Program-made: the position numbers and the translations under genes
Source: Selaginella moellendorffii
Lineage: Eukaryota; Plantae; Lycopodiophyta
DNA: 64,000 nucleotides
Reading direction: 5' to 3'
Assembly: GCF_000143415.4 (NCBI RefSeq)
Contig: NW_003314277.1
Coordinates: forward strand, 321,183 to 385,182
The notes under the pieces: generated by a model
What the model saw: the letters and a program-made list of their open reading frames with translations, nothing else
What the model was told of the DNA's origin: nothing
The model's database searches: none
Shown: piece after piece, positions 37,922 through 50,912 of the stretch
How positions within the stretch are numbered: the stretch's first letter is position 1
How the letters are laid out: the number at the start of each line of letters is the position of its first letter

Positions 37922-39829
37922 CCCTAGTCTTTGACCGAAGGATAATGTGACTATATTTACTGCTGTCCCAAAGTGGAGGAGTGAACGTTGTAATTGATAT
38001 ATATCTCCCTATGGATAAAGAAGCTGTGTATGTTTTTCAAGGGAATGGAGTTCACAGCTTTTCAAGGAAGTGAACTTGCATGGTGAAAATGATGCATGTT
38101 GTCATACCATCAATCAAGCACAAAAGAACCTTCACAAGAACCCAGGGGAGCAACAAAGCCCCGTAAAACAATATGGAGGATATCGGCTGGTGAACTGGAG
38201 GTGGCATATGTGCAGTACTTGAGGGTTATATATGGCTAATACGAATACATATTCGTGGCACTCGGCAAAACAAAATACAAAATTTTGCTTGGTATAGTTT
38301 GATGCTTGGACCATTAAATGAAGTTTAGGTAGTGTTATATTCTGTTGGTGAAGAAATTCATTGATGTTAGGCGTGCCCTAGCTCAATTTTGGCATACATA
38401 TATTTGAATAAAAATTATTTTACAAATATTATGGTACTCTTTTAACTTCTGGCCGTGGGTTCGAACCGCAGGGTGCTCAGATACGGCATCTGGCCGAGCC
38501 AATTACATCATATTATAAGAGTTATGAAGATCGTGAGGGCCCACGCAGGGCATTTGACCACTCTTGGGCAAGATACTTGCAGCAACAGTATCAATTGTTG
38601 TAAAGGTCACATTTAAGTTCTTGCTACTCCTTGGAGAGCTTTGCTCCCAAAATACAAAAGAGAAGATGAGAGAAGGCTTCTTTTTTTCTCACCCGACGAC
38701 TCCTCTTCCCTCGTCTAGATCATGCCATGACCGAAGGATATGCTGCACCAATTCTTTGCCCTATCCCACATGCCGAGGCGTGGAATAAGGGCACAAGAGC
38801 ATGGATCCATACTTACTTGGACGGGGTTTATTAGTTACCATGAAGGCTAATGGCCTAGGTTTGGTCTTCCCAGCTCGATCAAAGCCGCGATTTGAGGCAG
38901 GCTTGGCCGGCCTACCATCTTCCCAAAGTGGAGGAGGGGACGTCGTAATTTGTGGAAGTTGAGGGCGGCCCTCTCCAAATTCCAAGCCCTAAGATGGATG
39001 ATTTTTTTCATCTCTTGTCTTCTCGAATAATTGCTCTCCTTAGAAAAATCAGGATGTCGAAACCATCAGCTTTCAAGAACACGGCTGCTTCATCCATTGA
39101 GTAGCGGTTCCTCGCTTGTCCCACAAGCTGGAGAAAACTTCCTGCCTGCGATGGCGGCTCTCTTGAATCCTCTGCGCCTCTGGATCGTCGGCCGCGCCAC
39201 CGTTGAGCAGGCTGTGTCCAATCGGCTCGGGCTGCCTCGTTGGCTGCTGAACATCCCCGCCACTGGCATACGCTCCAGAAGGTTTCGATCCAAATTCTCG
39301 CTGGGATACCAAAAGAATTTCTTGTTACCTGTTCTATGGCTTCTCTCGTTTCAGCCTTGCTCTTGCTGGAGAGCGGTGCTAATCTCCACAGCCTGTGTGT
39401 GTGTGTGAAGAGAGAGTAAAGATTTCGAAAACACGCCTTACCTTGCGAGCGCCTCCCGTCTCAGCCACAATGATGCCATGGACCATATTGAAACGAGAGG
39501 TCACTGATGTCCAGCTAGTCATTGTAGTCTCTGAGGGACGCGACGCAAAATTGTCTTCGCGCTTGGTTGTAGCCGCACAATCAATTGAAAAAAATGGCAA
39601 TGCTTACATGCTCGTATTTAATTGGATGCTTCCTGGATTTTTGGAAGCCGTCTCGTAAACAACCTCCCAGTGCTTCTTGGTTTTTAAGGGCTGCTCGCGG
39701 TCAGAGCACCCGATTTCTTACAAGGGAACTGGATAGGTTGAAGTGGGTTAGAATATTCGTTTGTCCGTCAAAATTATCCACCCGTTCATGAAGCTCATAA
39801 ACCTTGCTCTCAGGTAAGATTCTGTATCA

Positions 39830-40467
39830 AGAGCCCTAAAAACTCTCCCGACCATGTTTTCAAACACTTTCTAAGAATATAGCCAGCATATTCGTTACTT
39901 TGAGCTTGGATGAAAGATATAAGACTGATAAGAATTTGCCTGGATCAAATGACGAGAGAGGCTCACCTGGAAACTCAGTAGCCTGATACACAGTTCCAGC
40001 ATCTTCCAAAGCATCTCAGCTGCTCAAAGATAGCCAAATTCAATGTCTCGGACATCGCAGTTGTACAGCTGCAAATGTAATCGATGTCTCTTAGACGCGT
40101 TAAGGAGGTGATAGGCAAAGAACAAAGGCAAAGGCCTGAGGGGCTGGCGTTTCCAAGATGCTAGCCCAGTCATGGAATAAAGTGATTCTTGCAGAATGCG
40201 TACGCGAGAAACGGCCTGGTCGACGAGGCCAGCGAGATGCTCCAGAGCGTCCCAGCCTTGGATTCCATTGCCGCAAATGCGGATCTAGCAGCATTTGCTC
40301 GCGCAGGGAATGTGGCAGCAGTGAAGGAGCTGTTCGATTCCATGCCCACCAGGACTTCCGGGAGCTGGAACTCGCTCGTGCAGGGCAGGGCATCTGGACG
40401 CGGGGGACGTGGGTGGCCATGATCAGGGCGTACGGAGACCACGGCATGGTGACAGAGTCCCGTACAT
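39830..40467 (+). repeat. Local duplicate of ~36480-37290 (post-gene spacer, GPT fragment and PPR fragment)
   Basis: aaaactctccc...gcagaatgcgtacgcgagaaacggcc...gtacggaga matches 36480-37290. Confidence 0.85.
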
Positions 40468-42650
40468 GTATATGAAGTTGCAATCTATATGATTCTATAT
40501 AAAAACATATTGAAAACATGTATATGAAGTTGCAATCTAGCACTAAGTGGATCCAATGGATTGTGGCAAGCTTATAAACAATATATTGTAAAATAGAAAA
40601 CAAAAACATAACATGGAATAGAAAATGAAAGTGCATAATACTTTAATCAGCCTTGAATGCAATAACTTTTGGGGAGTTTTGATTGGCACTAGTGGAGAAT
40701 AAGAAGTGGCTTTTTTGTGTCTTTAAAAGTTTGATTGCCCTAAGCATCCGAGGAGAAGTGAACATCTTTAGAAATTGGCCAAGAGTGAAACTATATGTTT
40801 AATCAATATAAGTGTCCTTCATACAAATGTTTTAGGGGTGGCCACTATCTAAATAAAATTTGCCATGGACCTATAATGTTTGGAAAAACTTTATTCATTC
40901 TTACAATAGTGGCACTAATCAATATCATGTGTTTGTTTCTCAATCTTAAACATTTGCAAACATGGCAATTGCAACAAATAGGGATTGCTCAAAGGTTTTT
41001 AGGGATGAAATATCATTGCACCTATTGACAAAATATGCATTATGAACCACTAAAAAAGATTATGAAATATACCCTAAAGAAGTTTTTTTCATATATGAAC
41101 TACTTCTATATATAGTCCTAAGGCATATCATTAGTAATTTTTAAGACAATAATGGAAGGTGCAATCTTGAATATATTTTTATCTTTAGTTCCTTGGAAAT
41201 TGTAGAAAATATAATTTGGCATCTATCTAGTAAACCATGACGATTTGAGCTCATGATAGACATAGCCCATATCACCCATCACATGCATCTGCTTTTAAAG
41301 TTCACAAGAAAAATCCAGTCAAAATATTACAAATATTTTGTAATTTGTAATTATAAATAATTTATAGATGTTTTCAGCTTCAAGATCATCAATGATGAAC
41401 ATGATGTTTATAGTGTTTGTGGGGTGAGAGAAGAAGGTGTTGTGATACATGTCACATATAATATGTTGACCAGTATTGATGCTCAACCTTTTGCAATGGA
41501 AACTCACTATGTCACTTGGATCTTATAATTCCCTTTAAGGAATTTGATAGTTTCCTCTAATAAAACACATATTTATAATTATTTCCTCAATTCTTCTTTC
41601 AAAATAGAATACAATATTTGTTGTTTTGATACTATTCCTATTTAGTTTTCAATGTAACAAAATTATATCAATAATCAAACAGTGTTTGCTAACTGGAATA
41701 GCTAGTATTTGAATAAATTTGACAATTATTTAATCCAGGTATATTCCTGATTCATTGATATTGATAGTACATTATTAGCATAGCTAAATCAATGATTATA
41801 GAGCATAACAAGTAAGCTATGTAGCAAAATTAATAAAAATATTACTTCTCACTAATATAAACCATGTTTACCATTTATAAAATTTAAGGTAGAGTTTTAG
41901 CTCCTCCTTCAACCATGATGGAGAAATGTGATAGGAAAATCAAGACTTTAGCCCCTATTTTCTAGTTCCTTGTTTGATGCTTACAATATGGTCATTGGAG
42001 AGCACTCTTACACACATAGCTTTTGGGTAAAGAATCAAAACAATTTAGTCAACTAAGCAATGATGGGTAAAAATATTATGTGATTTCTTGATCAGTAGGA
42101 ACTATATAATATTTCTAGTCATCAGTGCATGTCTAGAGCTTCTACCATGAAAGCACTTCTATCTGTTAGCATTATATAAAGCTTTGCTTCACTATAATGG
42201 ATATGGTTACCTTAAACTTCATTATCACAATGTATATAAGAGATTGCCATACAAAATAAATCATGCTTCACCATTTAGTGAGCAGCTAAAACAACTTGCA
42301 GAATTCCCCAAGAAGATCTCCATGATACTAGTGTTCCAGCACCTTCCAAACCAATATAGTCTAACTCATGAGCTGAAGATTAATGTATTAAAGAATCTGT
42401 TATATACCACTTTTAAGAAAATTGATTTAAAGGACATTCCTTTATATTTTAAAATATATTTTAATTTATAAATTCCTAAATAGTATATATTTAAAATAAA
42501 ACTTTTTCACTTTACAAACAATTATATTATTATTTTAAAACAGATTTAGGTTTATGCTATTATATATATCTGTATTAGGAAAGTCTTATAGGAATATTTA
42601 TTAGTCAAACCAATGCTATTGTATTAAAAATCATTTTAAAAAAAAAATAC

Positions 42651-45600
42651 TGTGAGGGCCAAGTGTATGGCTACGATGCCGTTTACTAATAATGGGATTT
42701 TGGTAGCCGTCGAATTGGTTTCAATCCGGACCACTCACTCCTATATATAAGCTAGGGTTTTTGGGCTAATTAATATGCACATTTCTGTATTCCCTTTTTA
42801 TATTCCATGCACTCACATTGGTGGAGGAGAGGGGCACCTTTGATTGTCCCTAGGGAGTGCTTTGATTTGGGATTTCGATTTAGATTTAGCTTTTGCATTG
42901 TCTAGATCTAGTTTTTTCCATTTCCTTTCTTTTGTTCTTTCCTTTCAGGATTTTGGTTTAGATCTAGCTTTTTGCATTGTCTAGATCTACCATTTCTTTC
43001 TAGCTTTTTGTCATTTTTCTTCTTTTACTCTTTCTTTTTTCGTTCATTTTCATGGCTGATCCGCAATCTCCTCCTTTGACTCTAGAATAGTAGTTGGTTC
43101 AATTGCTTGATGCTATACGCTTGCAATTGAACAACCAAACTCAATTGATGGTGGCATTCACGGCACGTGGTCCAACTCCTTTTGCTCTTGGTGCCAATCC
43201 TCGCATTCAGCCGGAGTTCTTTCGTGGGAATCCTGGGAATGATGTATACCATTGGTTCGATCACTTCACGGTGATTGCCACATATCATTCTTAAGATGAT
43301 GCTCAACGTTTGCGTGAGTTTCCCACGTGTCTCCAAGGGACGGCATTGCAATGGTACAATGGATTGAGTGCAGCCACTCGTGGGAATTGGAGTGTTCTTC
43401 CAGACGTCTTCAAACGTGCCTTCGGACATGCCGACAATTGTGACGATGCCTTCCAACAATTGCATCGTCTTCGCCAAGGGCCATTTGAGTTGGTGATGTA
43501 ATTTGGCGTTTGTTTCCGAAGTCTTTTGCTTCGTGTGGAGCCTAATATGTCGGAGCGGATCAAGCTAGGAATGTTGTGGCTAACACTTCGTCAAGATTTT
43601 GTCGGCCTTGTGCATGCACTTGCTCTTGCCACCCTTGACGATGGTCTTCGCTTGGCACAACGTTATGAGACGTCACCTCTTCCATTTCTCACTGCACGTC
43701 CTTCAGCTCCACTTCTTATGAGCGATGGTCCTGTTCCAATGGAGGTTGATGCTTCTGCTACTCGAGTCCACGAACAAGGGCGAGGACGTGATCGTGGCCG
43801 TGATGTTCATTGCTGGGCGTGTGATGAAGTTGGTCATACTTATCGGCGTTGTCGACGCTTTCCGGATTGGCGACCTCCATTTCCTAGATGGAGACCTTGG
43901 TGTTAGCAACATCCTGTTAGTATTACTGCGGTGGAAGGTTTGGACACCGAGGTGCATCTGGGAAATGAGGAGTTGCACAAGTAACGGAGGGACCTTGCGC
44001 GAATAAGTTAGTGACCCCTCCATCTTTCTTTCGAGAGTATCATCAAGGGGTTCACTTGGCACCGGTTCATCTAGTGTTTACTTTCCAAGCTCGTTTTTAT
44101 AACAAGAGGTCTTCTATTCTTCTCTCCGTGTTAGTTGATACAGGTTCGAGTTTCTTCTATTGCTCGACCTGTTGCCACACGTTGTTGTCTACACTTGCGT
44201 CATGTGGCGGATCCAGTTTTCATTCTTTATAGCAACAGCCGTACACATGCATATGCACGAGATGAGGCGGACCTGCTTGTGCATGTGGGCGATCTCGAGC
44301 TTGAGTTACAGTAGTTGCGGGTGGTGCCGAGTCAAGCTTTTGACCTCATTCGTGTTGATGCAAGAAAGCCCAAGTGTGCCTGGTCAGCATCATCCCATTG
44401 CATATATAAACCATACATTACAACTAGCAGAAGTGAACTACTCCATGACAGAGAAGGAGTGTTTAGCGGCAGTTTGGGGTTTCGAGAAACTTCATGCATA
44501 TCTACATAGTTCTTGGACGTTACTTAAAGGTGACCATGCTACCGTTACTTCATTATTGAAGCTGAAGAACCTGGTTGGTCATACTGCTCGGTGGGCTTTG
44601 AAGTTTCAAATATATAATTTTGATGTTGTTTATCGCCCAGGGAGTTCTATGGTTGATGTTGATGCCCTTTCTCGAGCTCCTCTTCCTTCTCCACTCTCTT
44701 CTCCTGTTTCTGATGAGCCTGTTGTTCCAACATCTATGGATTTTCTAGATGAGGATTCTGTGCCATCGGCGGTTGCTGTACTTGCCGTTCAGTGTCCACA
44801 ATGCGCAAAGCAAGATCTACCTTCTCTTGATGAGGTCCGTGAGGTTTAAAAGATTGAGCCGTGGATTCGAAGGCTTCGAGATGCATTTGAGAATCCTACA
44901 TCACTTACTGATGACTTGCCTTTTCGGCATTTACATTCTTAATATCGTCTTGACGATGACATTCTTTATTTTGTGGGGACGGATCCTGATGATCCTTTAC
45001 GGCTGGTGGTGCCTTCTATCTTTATTCCACGGTTTCTCCATACCTATCATGATTTTCCTGTTCTAGGTGGGCATATGGGACATCGTCGTGTGATCAAGAA
45101 GTTGCACAGGTCTTTCTATTGGCCAGAGATGCGACGTGATGTTATTTGGTATGTGCGTAGCTGCGTTTGGTGCCAAGCTCGTAATACTCCCCCTTGTGCT
45201 ATGGAAGGATGGTTGGAGTCAATTGCAATTTCCCATCCGTTTGAGTTAGTGGCGTTTGATCTTATGGGACCTTTTCCACGGTCGACTGTTGGCAATGAGT
45301 ATGTCATTATTGCTTCTAACTACTTGACTCGTTGGGTGGAAGTTGGTGCTCTTGCTAGTGCCTCTGCAACTGCTGTTGGATACTTCCTCCTCAATCGAGT
45401 GGTGTTCCAGCATTCTTGTCCAGAACGGATTCTTTCGGATAATGGTCTTGCATTTATAGCTGAGGTATTTTATGTTTTGACGTCTTGGTTGAGGATACGC
45501 CACACTTTTACAAGTGCTTATCATCCACAATCAGACGGTCTGGTGGAAAGGCTTGTTCGGACATTCAAAGGGATGATTGCGAAATATGTGAACTTTCAGC

Positions 45601-46388
45601 ATTCAGATTGGGATGGTTATTTGCCGTCTTTTTGGTATGCTTATGTCACAGGGATGCAGAGTTTTGTTGGTGCTTCACCATATAAGCTTCTATATGGTCA
45701 TGATCCAATATTACTAACGGAGCTGGGTTTACCTTTGCGATTACCACGAGATCCTAATGCTAGGTCATGGGATCAATATTTGACGAGCATTCTTCCACTT
45801 GTCTGAGTAAAGTCTATCGAACACTTAGGCTGCGTACAAGTGGGACAACAACGGCGCTACAACTCCCATCATCGTCCACCTGCAGAGTACAAAGTGGATG
45901 ATTTGGTGTTAGTCCATTTTCCCCATCTTATGGTACGTGGTTTATCTAAGGGGCTCCTTGTGCAGTGGAAAGGACCGTATCGAGTGTTGCGGCAAGTTGG
46001 ACCACAAGTTTATGAGGTTCGGCATGACATTTAGCAAGCTGATCCTCCGGAGATTATGCATGTGCAGCAGTTGAAATGCTTCATATAAAGGGATCAGGAG
46101 CAGTTAATACCATCTACAGATCCGTCGATGCCTCCTCCTGACATTCCTCCAGATCTCGGCCCATCTACAAGAGAACCTTGACGGCCTTCCATTATTCTGA
46201 GAGGAGGGGATGATGTGAGGGCTAAGTGTACGGCTACGATGCCGTATACTAATATTAGTGTAGTGGGATTTTGGTAGCCGTTGGATTGGTTTCAATCTGG
46301 ACCACTCGCTCATGTGTATAAGGTAGGGTTTTTGGGCTAATTGATATGCACATTTTTGTATTCCCTTTCCATATTCCATGCACTCACA
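42651..46388 (+). mobile_element. Short-LTR Ty3/Gypsy, family A copy A2, with RT deleted
   Basis: LTRs 42651-42817 and 46214-46388 (TG..CA). PBS-like tggtggagg at 42819. PPT gaggagggga before the 3' LTR. Gag (43052-43906), protease, RNase H, and integrase with WKGPYRV motif. Protease joins directly to RNase H near 44350. No matching TSD (aatac/acatc). Confidence 0.9.
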
Positions 46389-49063
46389 ACATCTAATATT
46401 ATGTTGCTACAGAGTTGAAATACTAAATATATATACTTAGATATTTATCTTATTTATTTACATATAGCTTCCTTTTCATGCATGAGTTTCACTTTTGGCT
46501 ACAAAATATGACCATCTTTTAAAGAAGATAATTATAAATTCTAGGTTTGTTTGTAAATCAATTTGAAAAATAGAATCAATAAGGTTTGTGAATTTGACAC
46601 TTTAAACTTTATCTCATTGTCAAAATTGTTAATTTTGATCATGATAAATGACTTTTTTATCTCACTTTATATAATGATGATTTATCTTAGGTCTATTTTT
46701 TTCATAGTAAAAATAGCCTAAAACTCTTTATCCACATCACCTAGAAATTAGGTTAGATATATTTATATAATACAGAACGCATATAATATCCTTCTATAAT
46801 TAAGGAGGAGTTGCCAAACTTTTTGGCAATCAATGGGGAGGTAATTATCAAAGGGTTATTTTGTTAATGATGTCTTAGTTAATAATTGTGTTATAGGCAA
46901 TGGGAAGTTGCTAATTGCTTAGACACATGTATTCAATGTGTTGACAGGCATTGGCACTCAACCTTTTTCACTCCAAGCTCTACTATCAAGTTTCATCCTA
47001 CAATGGAGACTTGCTATGCCATTTGAGAGTGGTGATTCACACTGCTCCTTCTTCTGTAGGGTTTTAGCACTGGAATGGGAGGAATGGCACTCACTCACAC
47101 GTGATTTCTCTACATGGAATGCCAAATATTAAACACCAAGTTTGCAGCCCTTTGATGTTCTTAGTGCCATGATTCTTAGCTCCCCAAGCTCTTTATTGCC
47201 ACTAGCATGCTCCCATGGGATTCCAGGGCATTCTCTGTTGGCATGCAGCAGCATCATGGATGAAGGAGTGCCAAGATCAATGCACTAATATCTATGCTCG
47301 AGAAAATTAATGGTGTCAAGTTGATCAAGTTGATAGTGCCTCCCGATGCTTAAGCTCATTGAGGGGCCACTCCAAAAGGCTGGTTTCAAGTTTGAGGTTG
47401 GCATGAGTAGCAGCAAGAGGAGTGGCTCACTTATTGTTTTTCTCAGCCTGAAGATCATTGGAGTTCTATGGCATCCACAACATTTTTGTGATGGATCCTT
47501 GTAGGTCATGGTTTAAGTGTAATTAAGGTAAATTCCAAGGCCTATGTTTCTTCAAACTCAGTCAGATAATTTGATTTTTCATGTATACAATCCCAAGCTC
47601 CAAAAAAAGTGATAATGAAATGTTCTTAGGTCCTAGTGAAAGTCCTAGTCCCAATGCAATACTTCATCTATTCCAAATTAGCCTATTGGCTGCTTTCGCA
47701 TATACTGAAATCCCATCAACTGGATTTCCTTTGTTTTTTAAACCTTTTTTGTGGCTAAATCTAGACATTTACAGGCACACTTCCAACTAAGTGGCCTGTT
47801 GCATTGTAGAAAATAAAAGATTTTATAATGTTTTATTTATGTTTTTGTAATGGGATTTTTTAGCTATATAGACCCTGGCTTCTGGAATCTAATATTGTTT
47901 CCTCTAAGAAAACACATGCTTACAATTACTTCCTCAATTCTTATTTAGATCTTGTTAAAGTGGAATATAACAATTATTTGATACTATTCCAACCTAGTTT
48001 TCAATATAGGCCATGAAATAATGCTATCATGGTGGAAAATAAAGCCTAAAATTGACCACCTTTAAAATAATATTTTATAAGTAAATTTTTTTTTGTCACA
48101 TGACAAGCGCACTGGATCAAACCGGATCGAAGTGCAAGCAAGCACAAAAACAAACAAATAACAAAACTAACTTGTTAATTGGGCAGCATATGCATAGCAA
48201 TTGGTAGTAATTAAAAAAATTGAAGATTTTGTGCATCAAAGAGGCATTAATCTATATAGATATAGCTATAATATTTATGAAGATAAGGTTTAAGTTGGTC
48301 TAAAATTAAATTTAACCAGGTTTGGTATAGTTTAAAGTTTTCAAATTAATTAATTAAATTAAACTCACTTTTTTTTTGTATAAAGAGCAGGAGTAAAACA
48401 TATTTGCTGATACTCATCACACAATTCGATTGAGCTTCACATTTTTTATTTGGTGAACATATTGGTTTGTTAAATTGATTGCCATATAAGATAACAAGTT
48501 GCTATAAATAAAGAAGTTCTTTTCCTTAAAAAATTATGTGTAGATTCATTGCCTTGCTGGTCTATATGCTAGAATTATTTTGCCCAGAGGGCTAGACTAC
48601 AGTTTGCTTGAACGCACTGGGAGTTGCTATTCCTTTCTTGCTTGTGACCGTATGCCAGCTATTGGTCATGGAGGTGAAGCGGTTGGTTTCTCATTTTCCT
48701 TTTAGCTTGTGTCCAGCGTTGAGGATCAAATTGTGGTCTCTCTCTTTCAAATTGCTTTACTTTTGTTTCGCATTGTTTCTCTTGAATGCATCCTTGGCAT
48801 TACCTGCGTTGACAATAGGCCACAAACAAATGGCTGTTGGCTGAAGCGCTTGGGACTTGGATTTCAGACTGGAATGGAGTGATTTGCATTCTTTTCGTGA
48901 TTTCTTTATCATTTTTGTATTTTCGTCATTTTGCTTTGAACTCAGGTGTATCACCAACATGAGAAACTAGCTTTTCGAAAATGATACTTGCAAAAATCTT
49001 CATATTCGATACTTAGTTAGAGATCTTGTTAGCAGAGTAATCAATCTTAGCCGGTATTTCTTA

Positions 49064-50825
49064 TCATTTATACCAGCCTGCCATTAAAAATCTCAAGAGG
49101 AAACAAAATCCAGAACACAGTCCCTGAATGAAACATATAAGACTAATTGCCTTGGATCACATGACAAGAGAAATTCACCTGGAAAATCAGCAGCCGGATA
49201 CACAGTTGCCGCTCAGTGCATCTTCCAAACCATCTCAAGAACAAGTTAACCAGATTCATATCCTTACTGCCGGTTAAAAGCCCCGTTTTCGGCTCAAAGC
49301 TACATCACAAAAGGTCTACAAGTTAGCGAAAGACAAAGCTGAGGTCTTTACCTTGGTAATCGATGTCTCGGACATGGCACCCATTTGAAGAGCTGCGAGG
49401 CAAGTTACTTAGCACAAAAACCGAAAGATTATATGGCTGACTTACCTGTGGAATGGAGTAAACAAAGTTAATAATCTGTGGTAAGAAAAAAAGCAAAAGA
49501 GTCTCGCTAAAATGGCCGAGGATGCCCGCCACAGCCATTGTCATCCCGGCAAAATACGTGTAAGTGTCTCCAACAAAGACAGATGATGGATACCTGCGGA
49601 AGAGAGAACTGCAGTCTTAAGACTTAAAGAGATATCAAAATGTTTACCAGTTATAACAAAGCAGCCCAAGCGACGCTCCAACAAGTGGTTGTGTGAGATA
49701 AATTGAAAAGGCGTGTGCTTGCTGGTAATCAGCGTCTGAGCTACTCACGATTTGCATCATGTTGTGAATCAAAATCTGTACCCACGTTCTGGTCAAGAGA
49801 AAACACAAAGAAAAGAAAACAACTTTGTCGTACCGCAGAAGATATCACAAGAGTTTGCCCAACTTCCAGTCCATTCACGCCGGCGAGAATGTTGACAGCG
49901 TTGGTGCAAAACACGGCTAACAGGCCCATGTAAACTTTGTATAGCACGCCTAACAAGTGTAAAAGCTGTTCAAGAACAAATCGGACCAAAAGAAAAGAAG
50001 AAAAATCTTACCCAAGTCGAGCACCTCCACTTCGAGGTAGGCTCGAAGAGGTTTCGGAATAACAATTGTCGTGTGCCCCGCGTATGCCATCAGTAGGGGA
50101 AGAGCAGCGAACGAAGGAAGTAAAAGTTTCCTGAGAGCAAAAGAAATACTCGATTTTTTTTCGCGAGAAGGAGATCATGAAACTTACACGCGCCATGGGA
50201 TGTCGAGGACATCGTCCACAAAGCCGAGAAGAATCATAAATAGTATAGATGTGAGAGCCGCATTGTACTCCAGCAGCCACTACGCACAAAAGGAAAAAGA
50301 GAGAAAAGATCAGCAAACCATCTCCAAAAACTTAGAAACTTACAGCGGAGTCTGGGCTGAAACAAAAAATCTGGAAGAGGATCGTGACGACGACGAACAC
50401 GAACCCAGTAACAATCCCGAGCGACTCGGGCCTGCGAGGAGATCCATTTCATTCGCAATAGATTTTTTCTTTTTTCCAAAAACTTACACTTGGATTGATC
50501 CAGCCGGAGAGCCTTTCTTGTTGATGTCGTATCCAAACATGTTCCTTTTTAGCACGTAGCGCGCGACGACTGGAACGAGCCGGATTACTGCGAAGAAGGC
50601 GCCGACGCTCATACAGAAGCTGATCGCGATCGATCGGCAGAGCTCCGCATCCAGATCGCGCGCGTGACGAGCAAAGAGCGCGATGTAGGCGGCGAGGCAT
50701 AGCGATCCAAAGATCAATGTTGCTGTGTACCTTGGCGTGGGAGGAGATGCCGCTGGAGCCGCCAATTCCTTGTCATTGGCGGAAGCTGGGAAGCCCCGCC
50801 GTCTCCTCACATCCGCCATAGCCAC
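49064..50825 (-). CDS. GPT: UDP-GlcNAc:dolichyl-phosphate GlcNAc-1-phosphotransferase (GPT/ALG7/DPAGT1), multi-exon, apparently intact
   Basis: [89 protein letters not shown]. Exon 1 50488-50825, exon 2 50344-50431. Confidence 0.93.
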
Positions 50826-50912
50826 CTAGAACCCTAAATATTTCCCTCGGAGAAAAATCACATTGTCTCACTAATCTCATGGGCGATCGAGCAGGGAAGA
50901 ACAAAATGTCTG

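Noticed and set aside
46930-47500. Possible decayed DNA-transposon (hAT-like) coding remnant
   Set aside because: Only a vague motif resemblance and no termini; it cannot be supported without a search.
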